27,630 nucleotides of DNA from a virus (taxonomy: Duplodnaviria > Caudoviricetes), in the IMG/VR virus record IMGVR_UViG_3300047275_000314, positions 1-27,630 of that record; one strand, given 5' to 3'. Under the pieces are notes generated by a model. That model was not told where the DNA came from, ran no database searches, and saw only the letters and a list, made by a program, of their open reading frames with translations. Both the position numbers and the translations under genes were made by a program. Positions 6,904 through 14,922 of the stretch are shown one piece after another (the stretch's first letter is position 1; every line of letters begins with the position of its first letter).

Positions 6904-7935
6904 ATGGCCTCCCTACTCGAAAAGAATATCGTCAACGCTGGCAAGCGTGAAGACCTTGCCAACCTCATCGCCATTGTCGATGCCAAGGACACCCCCTTCA
7001 CCTCTATGGCGAAGAAGGGCGCCCAGCCCGGAAACACCCTGTTCCGCTGGCAGGCTGACCGCCTTCCCGCCGCTGCCGCCCCGACCCCTGTGGTTGACGG
7101 CACCGATGTGGATCTCGCCACGGGCGTCTCCAACTTCGTCAACGATGGCGGCACCCAGTATCGTGTCGAACTGTCGAACCGCATCCAGATCTTCCGCAAG
7201 GCCGTCCGGGTGTCCAAACTGACCCAGGATGTCGCCAACATCGCCGGAGTCCGTGACGAACTCGCCAACAATGTCTCCAAGGCGATCACGATGATCAAGC
7301 GTGATATGGAAGTTGCTATGTGCAGCAACCAGGCCGCCCAGGTGGACAACGGCACAGTCGGCTACCGCACCCGTGGTCTCGACAAGTGGATCGTTCAGGC
7401 CGCCTCCATCGACACAGTTGACCTCCCCGCCGCCGCTTCGGCCTTCTGCCCTGCTGCCGCCCAGATCTCGACTGTCGGAACCGCCGCCCTGACCGAGACT
7501 GTCGTTCAGGATGTCCTGACTGGTATCTACAACCAGACAGGCCAGTACAAGAACTACGATGCCATCGTTGGCCCGACCCTCAAGCGGGCGTTCACGAACC
7601 TTGTGTTCACCACCCCCTCGACTGGCGGTTCTGACACCCTCTCGGCTGTCCGCACCCTCAATCGTGAGGCTGACGAGTCCGTCTACCTGTCCTCGGTGGA
7701 TGTGTTCCAGGGCGACTTCGGTCAGATCCGTCTGCACCCCAGCCTGTTCCTCAAGAATAACTTCTCCGGCTATATCATTCCCTTCGATATGGTCGAGGTG
7801 CGCTACGGCGGCAATGTCGCTCAGGTGTCCGAACTCACGGACAACGGCGGCGGGCCTGCCCGTCTGATCGAGGCCGTTGCTGGTCTCTGCATCTACAACC
7901 CGCTGGCCTTCGGCAAGTTCGACTTCGCCTCCTAA
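6904..7935 (+). CDS. Major capsid protein (DUF5309/SU10-type, HK97 fold)
   Basis: GKREDLAN...DTPFTS, FRWQAD, NRIQIFRKAVRVS, IKRDME motifs; strongest C-ending codon bias in the window. Confidence 0.93.
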   Translation: MASLLEKNIVNAGKREDLANLIAIVDAKDTPFTSMAKKGAQPGNTLFRWQADRLPAAAAPTPVVDGTDVDLATGVSNFVNDGGTQYRVELSNRIQIFRKAVRVSKLTQDVANIAGVRDELANNVSKAITMIKRDMEVAMCSNQAAQVDNGTVGYRTRGLDKWIVQAASIDTVDLPAAASAFCPAAAQISTVGTAALTETVVQDVLTGIYNQTGQYKNYDAIVGPTLKRAFTNLVFTTPSTGGSDTLSAVRTLNREADESVYLSSVDVFQGDFGQIRLHPSLFLKNNFSGYIIPFDMVEVRYGGNVAQVSELTDNGGGPARLIEAVAGLCIYNPLAFGKFDFAS

Positions 7936-7943
7936 TCGAGGTA

Positions 7944-8309
7944 ATGTCGGACATCATCCAGTCGTTTGCTGATGTGATTCCCTCCCATCTCCGCAAGGAG
8001 GTGGAGAGGGAACTCCTCAACGGCTGGAGGATGCAGGAAGCGGCCTCTTACCACCAGGCGAAACAGTTTGCTGCGTTCAATCACAGCAACCCCGCCAAGA
8101 GCATCGAGGGAGTCGGCGAGATGGTGGCTCGCATCCCTCTTTCTGCCATTCACTACTGGGGGCAGAGACTAGGTTACGATTGTTGGAATGACGAGGAATT
8201 CGTCCGTGAATACATTCGTGACAACCCGGAAGTGGCGGTGAATAACCGCATCAAGCGTACTGTCGTGAACGGAGCAGTCCTCACGGCAGACGGCTACCTC
8301 GTAAAATGA
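7944..8309 (+). CDS. Conserved hypothetical protein downstream of capsid
   Basis: VARIPL...YW...W.D.EF...Y.RDNPE pattern seen after DUF5309-type capsids. Confidence 0.8.
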   Translation: MSDIIQSFADVIPSHLRKEVERELLNGWRMQEAASYHQAKQFAAFNHSNPAKSIEGVGEMVARIPLSAIHYWGQRLGYDCWNDEEFVREYIRDNPEVAVNNRIKRTVVNGAVLTADGYLVK

Positions 8310-9070
8310 GGACTACTCACTTTTCCCCAATCCTTTTCAATGCCCTGCAACTGTCTGGGCAGGACAGGCATCACATCTCATCTGAGACATTCGCTCAGTT
8401 CCGTGACTTCATCTCCGAGCGTATTCGGATGATCTGGGAGTCTCAGGAGTGGCCTGACACCACAAGGGTAGCCCAGTTGGTCGTTACGGATGACGGCGCT
8501 GGCCGTGTAACTGCTGCTATCCCTGCTGACGCAGGAGAGATTCTTGCCTGTTATGACAGCAACCCGCTCGTAACAAGCAGGGCTTCCCAGATCACATTCA
8601 GGCTCTACGACAACGGAACCACCCAGGTTCTGAACTTCGTGTCCGACCCAGGCACAGTCTGGGCTGAGTATCGTACCAAGCGTCCAGAACTTGTCGGTGA
8701 TCTGTATGACGCTACTGTGGCTTATTCACCTGGTGCGCAGGTCTATTTTGACAGCGGTTCAAACCTTGGCGTCTATACGCCCCAGTCTGGCAAGCCTCAC
8801 TACGGCAACTTCTACACCTGCCTGGATTATACCACGGCCGGACAGTCCCCTTCCACTCACGCCGCCAAGTGGCAGATCGTGACACTCCCTTACCTGTTTG
8901 CTGCTTATGCTGCCAGGGGTGCTTACGCTGATTGGCTTCGCTCTGAACTTCAGGTCGAGGCCGCTCAGGTCGCTGAAGCCGAAGCGGAACGGATTATGGC
9001 CGACACAGTTGACATTGTCCTTCGACAGCAGCAGCAGATCCAGCGTGTCAATATGAGCCGTACCTACTAA
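8306..9070 (+). CDS. Probable head-tail adaptor with inserted CBM5/12-like module
   Basis: Synteny; helical N- and C-termini (WESQEWP; PYLFAAYAARGAYADWL); internal YDATVAYSPGAQV...YTCL...GQSP...KW. Confidence 0.65.
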   Translation: MRTTHFSPILFNALQLSGQDRHHISSETFAQFRDFISERIRMIWESQEWPDTTRVAQLVVTDDGAGRVTAAIPADAGEILACYDSNPLVTSRASQITFRLYDNGTTQVLNFVSDPGTVWAEYRTKRPELVGDLYDATVAYSPGAQVYFDSGSNLGVYTPQSGKPHYGNFYTCLDYTTAGQSPSTHAAKWQIVTLPYLFAAYAARGAYADWLRSELQVEAAQVAEAEAERIMADTVDIVLRQQQQIQRVNMSRTY

Positions 9071-9073
9071 TTT

Positions 9074-9370
9074 ATGTCGTATCCCATCAATAACTTCTTC
9101 ACCCGCAGTTTCACGCATAGTGATGTGACTGTGGGTACTTCCGCAGCCCAGGCTCTTGCGGCACTTACCCAGCCTGGTCGCCGCATCCATCTGCTGATCC
9201 AGAACCAACACGCAAGCGCCGTGGTCGAGGTCATCCTTAATGACACCGGCTCCGAAGGCTTCAACTTGGCCGCTGGCGCTACCTTCAGCATCGAGGGCTA
9301 CAACGGGGAAGTCCGTCTGAAGTCTGACACGGCTTCCACGCCCGTCCACATCGCCTACGCAGTCGCCTGA
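9074..9370 (+). CDS. Small beta-sandwich virion protein
   Basis: VTVGTSA...RRIHLLIQN...GFNLAAGATFSI alternating beta-strand pattern. Confidence 0.75.
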   Translation: MSYPINNFFTRSFTHSDVTVGTSAAQALAALTQPGRRIHLLIQNQHASAVVEVILNDTGSEGFNLAAGATFSIEGYNGEVRLKSDTASTPVHIAYAVA

Positions 9371-10527
9371 TGGCGATCAGGATCCAGTTCGCTGGAGACA
9401 AGAGCATCGGGGTCGGTTCAAGGCCGCCCGGTGCTTTCAGCATTTTCAAGCCTCCCGGTGCGGCGTTTCCCCCTGCTGGGACATACTACGACACCCTGTA
9501 CTATGAGGAATATCCAATTGCCCAAGGAGGAACTTATTTTGTAAATACCTTTGACGCAAACAATATTCCTAATCAAACTTGCACAGTAGATAGGCTTACT
9601 GACGGAAGCACGATTTGGATTGATTGGACTTCAGTAAGAGACATAGCGTACAAGGTCGCTGGATTGTATTATGGTACGGACTATAATCAACAAAATGACT
9701 ATGGTAGTGTAGAAGTTCCTACTGGAAGTGGGAATTACTATTCCCCTTCTTGGGGTAATCCCACATACGAACACGATGGTGCCGGGTCGTGGCAATATGG
9801 GGCTGATGTCTTTGATGAGCATAAGCCCAATGGAACTTTCATCGCCCCTGACTCTAACGGACAGACTGAAGTGCCTTCTGCGAGTGGGAATTATTATGAC
9901 AACGGAAGCGTCAATAATTACACTTGGGTCGGGGATGGAGTCAACTACACAAGTGTTAACGATGGTGCGTATTATCCCAATGGTGCAATTGATAATATTG
10001 ATGTTCTTGATGCCAACACAATGGTTGAAGTTCCTACTGGAAGCGGAAACTTTTATTGGAACGCAGAAGTAGTTGGATACACTTGGAATGGTGCAGGAGG
10101 ATACAATTATCCTGTCATTAAAGCACCGCAGTATGCGAATGGAAGCGACTCGTTGCTGACTGGATTGGATGTTTCGTCACAAACAGAGATCCCAACAGGA
10201 AGCGGAAATAACTATCTGAACGGACTTGTTACTGGATATACTTGGGATGGAGCAGGAGGATATAATTACCCAGTAACAAAGCAAAATTATTCAACTTCAT
10301 TCGTCTGGGGTGCTGAAACAGTAACTGGAACAGGTGGAACACAAGTTGAAGTTCCTACTGGAAGTGGAAACTATTTTGACAGCGAACAGACTGGAACTGG
10401 ATACTTCCACGATGGTGCTGGAGGATATACGACTGTTTCTTCTTGGCTTTATCAGTCTGGCTCGTTCATCTACAATGACGGCAATTATGATTACTACTGG
10501 AATGGAGTCGGCGGCTACTACACCTAA
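9370..10527 (+). CDS. Tyr/Gly/Asn-rich repeat protein, probable fibre/adhesin
   Basis: Five ~53-aa repeats E(V/I)PxxSGNxY...Y..DGAGG; AT-richer than flanks; TGATG coupled. Confidence 0.8.
   Translation: MAIRIQFAGDKSIGVGSRPPGAFSIFKPPGAAFPPAGTYYDTLYYEEYPIAQGGTYFVNTFDANNIPNQTCTVDRLTDGSTIWIDWTSVRDIAYKVAGLYYGTDYNQQNDYGSVEVPTGSGNYYSPSWGNPTYEHDGAGSWQYGADVFDEHKPNGTFIAPDSNGQTEVPSASGNYYDNGSVNNYTWVGDGVNYTSVNDGAYYPNGAIDNIDVLDANTMVEVPTGSGNFYWNAEVVGYTWNGAGGYNYPVIKAPQYANGSDSLLTGLDVSSQTEIPTGSGNNYLNGLVTGYTWDGAGGYNYPVTKQNYSTSFVWGAETVTGTGGTQVEVPTGSGNYFDSEQTGTGYFHDGAGGYTTVSSWLYQSGSFIYNDGNYDYYWNGVGGYYT
9712..10430 (+). repeat. Intragenic tandem repeat, 5 units, period 156-162 nt
   Basis: Unit cores at 9712, 9868, 10027, 10186, 10348; GAAGTTCCTACTGGAAG identical at 9712, 10027, 10348. 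Confidence 0.9.
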
Positions 10528-10537
10528 TCTTTAATCT

Positions 10538-10663
10538 ATGCTCATCACTATCATCATCTCGCTCACCCTTGGCTTCGCTGGCGGCTTCTACGCCGGGATC
10601 AAGAACGCCAACTCGTCCAAGGTCGCCAAGGCCAAGGACATCGTTGACCTGATCAACAAGTAA
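10538..10663 (+). CDS. 41-aa single-pass membrane protein (not in ORF track)
   Basis: MLITIIISLTLGFAGGFYAGIKNANSSKVAKAKDIVDLINK; strong C-ending codon bias; TAATG coupling to next gene. Confidence 0.85.
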   Translation: MLITIIISLTLGFAGGFYAGIKNANSSKVAKAKDIVDLINK

Positions 10664-12276
10664 TGCCCGTCCGTGAGTACGCAGTCGATGGCGATCAGGG
10701 GTTCATCGGACTGAACTCACGGGACAACCCTGTAAACCTGGGCAAGAACTTCGTATCGAAGTCTGTCAATTTCAGGTTCGACAGGGGGGTGGCAAACCTT
10801 CGTAAGGGCGCTGAACGGCTCACAGTAATCGGCGGCGTAACGATCTACGGCTCCTGTTCGTACACCACGGCTGCGGGGGTTGAGATGATTGTACTGGTCG
10901 CATCTGACGGCCTTTACACTTATACCCCGGACACGGATGCCTTGTCCGTCAAGGTGATGTTCCCTGTTGGGGAGAACATTACATCTTCTGATGAGGTCGA
11001 TGTCTATCAGGCTCAGGCTTCGGGTTATGTATACATCCTCCGTGGGTTCAGCAAGACTGTACTGCGCTGGAACGGATCGTATGGTGCTGGAAACATTGTC
11101 GTACCGGCAGTAAGTTCGCATCATAACTACCCCAACAGCCGTCACGCCATCTACTACGGGAATAGGCACATCGTTCAGAACGACAGCAATACCTTCCAGG
11201 TCAGCCATTACCTTGAGGACAACAACTGGTCGTCCCTGGATATGTTCAGCATCAATGACGGGGGCAATGACAGGCTCGTAGCCCTCTCACCCTGGACTCT
11301 CAATGAGTTCGTGGTGTTTATGCGTAACAGCGTGTTTTACGCCTCCGTAGGAGCAGGGGCTGTTGCATCAGGCGATCCAGCCCAAATGAACGACTCCTAT
11401 GTCAAATCCCTAGCCACGGACATCGGCTGCATAGCCAAGGACTCTGTTGTCCAGGCCGGGGGAGGCATTCTGTTCCTGTCTGACAACGGCGTGTATTTCC
11501 TGAACCCGGCAGGGGCTTCCGCTGGTCAGGGCAATACGCCTGAAGGGATGCGTCTGCTTACCCTGTCAGAGCCGCTTTCTGCGCCGATTTCAGATGTGAT
11601 TGATCGTATCAATTACAACTATGTCAGCAAGGCTGTAGCCGTGTACTGGGAGAACAGGTATTACCTTGCCGTACCACTAGACTCGTCCACGACAAACAAC
11701 GCCATCCTCGTCTACAACTTCATCAACAAGGCTTGGGAGTCCGTGGACTCGTATCCTGCCGGGGTTGACATCCTGAACTTCGCCGTAGCCAAGAAGGGGA
11801 GCCGCCGCCGCCTGTTCGCCGTGGACAAGGACTTGGGCGTGTACTTGATGGAGGAACTGGATTATGACGAGTACGGGACAGTCGCAGGACTGCCTACACT
11901 CCCGTTCTATCTACCATCTTTCCCGATCACGGGAACTACATCTTTCGACCCTATTGACATCCAGGGTGAACTTGTTACGAGGGCTTACTCATTCGACACA
12001 AACAGGGAGAAGCGTTTCTCGTCGATCCAGTCCGATGTCTATGTCCCATCCGCTGGCGCTATCAACCTTCAGTTCATCACATCGAACCCTGATGTGACTA
12101 CAAACCTAATCACAAAAACGGCTAACGGAGACGAAGACTATCTTCTCCGCATCCCGACTCGTAAGACTGCGTACTACGCACAGGTCAAATTTCTAACAAC
12201 CAGCAAGCGTCCTGCTGTCCGTTCAGTCACAGTTGAGGCCGTGATTCCTGGTCATAACACTCAAACAACACAATAA
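10663..12276 (+). CDS. Tail nozzle / DNA stabilisation protein (P22 gp10/T7 gp12-like beta-propeller)
   Basis: 537 aa beta-rich; DIGCIAKDSVVQAGGGILFLSDNGVY, RYYLAVP, ILVYNF..KAW motifs typical of this class; synteny. Confidence 0.85.
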   Translation: MPVREYAVDGDQGFIGLNSRDNPVNLGKNFVSKSVNFRFDRGVANLRKGAERLTVIGGVTIYGSCSYTTAAGVEMIVLVASDGLYTYTPDTDALSVKVMFPVGENITSSDEVDVYQAQASGYVYILRGFSKTVLRWNGSYGAGNIVVPAVSSHHNYPNSRHAIYYGNRHIVQNDSNTFQVSHYLEDNNWSSLDMFSINDGGNDRLVALSPWTLNEFVVFMRNSVFYASVGAGAVASGDPAQMNDSYVKSLATDIGCIAKDSVVQAGGGILFLSDNGVYFLNPAGASAGQGNTPEGMRLLTLSEPLSAPISDVIDRINYNYVSKAVAVYWENRYYLAVPLDSSTTNNAILVYNFINKAWESVDSYPAGVDILNFAVAKKGSRRRLFAVDKDLGVYLMEELDYDEYGTVAGLPTLPFYLPSFPITGTTSFDPIDIQGELVTRAYSFDTNREKRFSSIQSDVYVPSAGAINLQFITSNPDVTTNLITKTANGDEDYLLRIPTRKTAYYAQVKFLTTSKRPAVRSVTVEAVIPGHNTQTTQ

Positions 12277-13439
12277 TGGCTCAATTCCAATCCCCCATCA
12301 ATTATGTGACCGGCGACCAGGTTACTGCCGCCAATCTCAATAATCACATCAACGGAGCCGTGGCGCTCCCCGGCCTCATCGCCGATCAGTCGTCTATGTC
12401 GGCAAATGATGTCGCAAGCACAGACCAAGTCCTAATCAATGACGGAGGCGTTCTTAAGAAGACCACAGTAGGAGATGTGCTTAACAGCAATCTTACTGCG
12501 ACATTCACAAGCATCACGGCAACAAATTTCGTTTCCGACAATGTAGCGCCAGGTGCGAACAAAGACCTTGGCCTGTCTCCAAATGCCGGAGTTGCAGTTA
12601 CTGGAAAGACATTTACCTCAGTCAATGGCATTAATGTCACCGTAAATTCTACGGCGCATAATGTTCTCCAGAACCAAGTTCTGACCATAACTGCGTCAAT
12701 TGCTGCATATTCTGGTGAATACAGGGTCGTTTCTGTCACAACGGACACATTTGAGTATGTGCTTCCTGAAGCAGCCACTCCCAACTCTGGAAGTTGTGAT
12801 TACACCAAAACCGCAAGCGTAGTCACAACCGGCAACTCCGTAATCACTTCTGATGAGTACTTGATCGGCAATCAAGATGTAGGAGGAAACTCAAGAACAA
12901 ATGGCAATTCCACAATCAATGGAAATCTTACTGTCAAAGGGACTGCTAATTTTACTGGTGCATTTCAAGTCAACGGAACTGTCGGGTATGTTTTGACTGA
13001 GATTGTTGAGCAATCTATGGCATCTACTACTCCTGCGATTGGAACTACTGCTGGAGTTTTTACCAGTACTGCATTTACAAAGCCTTCAGATGAAATCTGG
13101 GTTTTTGAAGTCGATTATCATCTCTATGGTATTTCTGGTTGGGGGTTTACTGTTGGGTTTAGATATAATTCTGTCGCTCCTTATACTGGAACATATCAAT
13201 ACACAAGAGTGTGGACAGTTCCGGGGAATAACCAAACCGAATATTTCCACGAAATTACAAGATGGGTTGCTGGAACTGGAACAACATTTACAGCAGAAAC
13301 AGTTAAATGTGACACAAAAGTAAACAGCGGTTCTAATGTTATTATTTTCCCTACTTCTGTAACGCATAGTGGTTGGGGTCTTACTACCGTAAATACGGTT
13401 TCATCTAAGTTTCGCATCTACAAGTACAAGACTGCCTGA
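12276..13439 (+). CDS. Tail fibre / receptor-binding protein
   Basis: N-terminal GDQVTAANLN anchor motif, FCCH-like VTVNSTAH...YSGEYRVVSVTTDTFEY domain, Thr/Val-rich AT-rich C-terminus. Confidence 0.8.
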   Translation: MAQFQSPINYVTGDQVTAANLNNHINGAVALPGLIADQSSMSANDVASTDQVLINDGGVLKKTTVGDVLNSNLTATFTSITATNFVSDNVAPGANKDLGLSPNAGVAVTGKTFTSVNGINVTVNSTAHNVLQNQVLTITASIAAYSGEYRVVSVTTDTFEYVLPEAATPNSGSCDYTKTASVVTTGNSVITSDEYLIGNQDVGGNSRTNGNSTINGNLTVKGTANFTGAFQVNGTVGYVLTEIVEQSMASTTPAIGTTAGVFTSTAFTKPSDEIWVFEVDYHLYGISGWGFTVGFRYNSVAPYTGTYQYTRVWTVPGNNQTEYFHEITRWVAGTGTTFTAETVKCDTKVNSGSNVIIFPTSVTHSGWGLTTVNTVSSKFRIYKYKTA

Positions 13440-13867
13440 TGCTGCTCACGGAACTGAAGGCGTTCATCAAGGCGAACCGCAAGAAGGGTCGCCGGGAAGC
13501 CTTCGGTCTTGCTGTCCAGAATGACGACACTTACCTGACCTGGGCTTTCGCCTTCGACTACCTTTTCGTGGTCAAGGACAAGGATGCAGTCAAGGGGTGC
13601 GGTGTAGCGTATCCGCTTCCGCAGCCTTATACAGGCTCAGTATCAAGCCTCTATTCCTTCGGAACCCCAGTCCCAAGGGATCAGGAGGAGTCCAAGCAAC
13701 TTTGCATTATGGATTGGGTCGCAGTTGATGCCGAAAGCCGTAGGTCTCTTGTTAAGCAGTTTAAGGCAAGATTCCCTTCGTGGCAGAAACAGCGCAAACT
13801 GGGCATCCAATTTGATGATGTTCGTGAACTCTCTAATAAATACCTAAACTACCTAGAAACACTCTAA
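13439..13867 (+). CDS. Hypothetical, possibly GNAT-fold (T7 gp13-position) protein
   Basis: 142 aa immediately before ejection genes; LFVVKDKDAVKGCGVA beta-hairpin and LCIMDWVA strand followed by a helix. Confidence 0.55.
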   Translation: MLLTELKAFIKANRKKGRREAFGLAVQNDDTYLTWAFAFDYLFVVKDKDAVKGCGVAYPLPQPYTGSVSSLYSFGTPVPRDQEESKQLCIMDWVAVDAESRRSLVKQFKARFPSWQKQRKLGIQFDDVRELSNKYLNYLETL

Positions 13868-14922
13868 TGGGATCGAAAGCCAAAGTCCCGGCACCCAACC
13901 CGGAAGCCGACTATAAACAGTACCTCGCAGAGGCACGAAATGCCATCCGTGCGCAGAGAGCAGTCTTGCCAGAAATGGCACAATATCAGACTGAACTGGC
14001 TCCTGCCCTTGCCCGTTCTCAGGCCGCAGTTGCAGAGGCTGGGGCTACTGAGTTCCTCGGCCTTACAGGGCGGCTTTATCAACCCGCTATGGCGATGCAG
14101 CGACAGGTCGCTGAAGGACAGATAGGGCTTATGGCCGGACTGGCTCCTCAGGCCACCCAGGCGGCTATTGCCGGAATGGATGAAACTACCCGTGGCATTT
14201 ACCAGACATTTGGACGGCAGGCTATGACAGATCTACAGGCAGGAACTGGCTTGTCTGCGCAGGAGACTGCCCTTGCTCAACAGGCTGCCCGTGCCGCCGC
14301 TGAACGCCGTGGTGTCAATCTCTCAAGGCAGGGGTCTGACCTTGAAATCCTGAATACCTACCAGTTGGGTCAGCAGCGTCTGGCGCAGCGTCAGGCTGTG
14401 GCTCAACAGGCATTCCAGATGGGGCAGGGAGTGCAGACCCTGGGAATGCAGGGCTTCCTTTCTCCTTCTCTTGGTGCTTCACAGGCTTATAGTCCTATGG
14501 CTCTAAGCGGATACGGAATGGGTGCTGTTTCTAATCTCGGAGAGTCCTTCCTCACTCCTGAGTCCCAATATATGGCTAACATCCGTGCCAACCGCATCCA
14601 GATGGAAACCTCTGTTGCTGCTGCCAATGCCCAGCGTTCCGGGGCTATCTTCGGAGGACTCGCAACGGGTGCTGGAGCCGCCTTGGGTGGATGGCTTGGT
14701 AAATGCTGGGTCGCCCGTGAAGTTTACGGCAAGGATAATCCAGAGTGGATTGTTTTCCGCAACTGGCTTGATACTGAAGCCCCTGAGTGGCTTGATACGC
14801 TTTATCTGGAAGAAGGAGAGCGTTTCGCCAAGTTCATCTCTGACAAGCCAATCCTGAAGTCCATCGTCAAGTCCGCTATGGATCTTGTCGTCAAGCCCCG
14901 CAACAAAGCAGTTCTTGCCTAA
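13867..14922 (+). CDS. Internal virion/ejection protein with C-terminal CWVAREVYG domain
   Basis: MGSK start, A/Q-rich helical body, Gly-rich hydrophobic GAIFGGLATGAGAALGG segment, then a distinct ~70-aa domain. Confidence 0.8.
   Translation: MGSKAKVPAPNPEADYKQYLAEARNAIRAQRAVLPEMAQYQTELAPALARSQAAVAEAGATEFLGLTGRLYQPAMAMQRQVAEGQIGLMAGLAPQATQAAIAGMDETTRGIYQTFGRQAMTDLQAGTGLSAQETALAQQAARAAAERRGVNLSRQGSDLEILNTYQLGQQRLAQRQAVAQQAFQMGQGVQTLGMQGFLSPSLGASQAYSPMALSGYGMGAVSNLGESFLTPESQYMANIRANRIQMETSVAAANAQRSGAIFGGLATGAGAALGGWLGKCWVAREVYGKDNPEWIVFRNWLDTEAPEWLDTLYLEEGERFAKFISDKPILKSIVKSAMDLVVKPRNKAVLA

Noticed and set aside
6913-7737. 274-aa antisense ORF over the capsid gene, and similar shadow ORFs (e.g. 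265-939, 8759-9349, 15608-15919, 18642-19202, 26426-26629)
   Set aside because: Explained by codon bias of the real gene on the opposite strand; no protein-like motifs
7900-7946. Capsid frameshift or readthrough extension
   Set aside because: No slippery heptamer; TAA is followed two codons later by another in-frame TAA
9712-10364. CRISPR-like array from the repeated GAAGTTCCTACTGGAAG
   Set aside because: In-frame coding repeats with 156-162 nt period; no spacer-size structure or cas genes
9370-13439. Diversity-generating retroelement target in the fibre genes
   Set aside because: No reverse transcriptase and no template/variable repeat pair differing only at adenines seen in the window
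14704-14922. Intein/Hint domain
   Set aside because: Only ~70 aa, predicted helical, no TxxH block B or terminal HN motif
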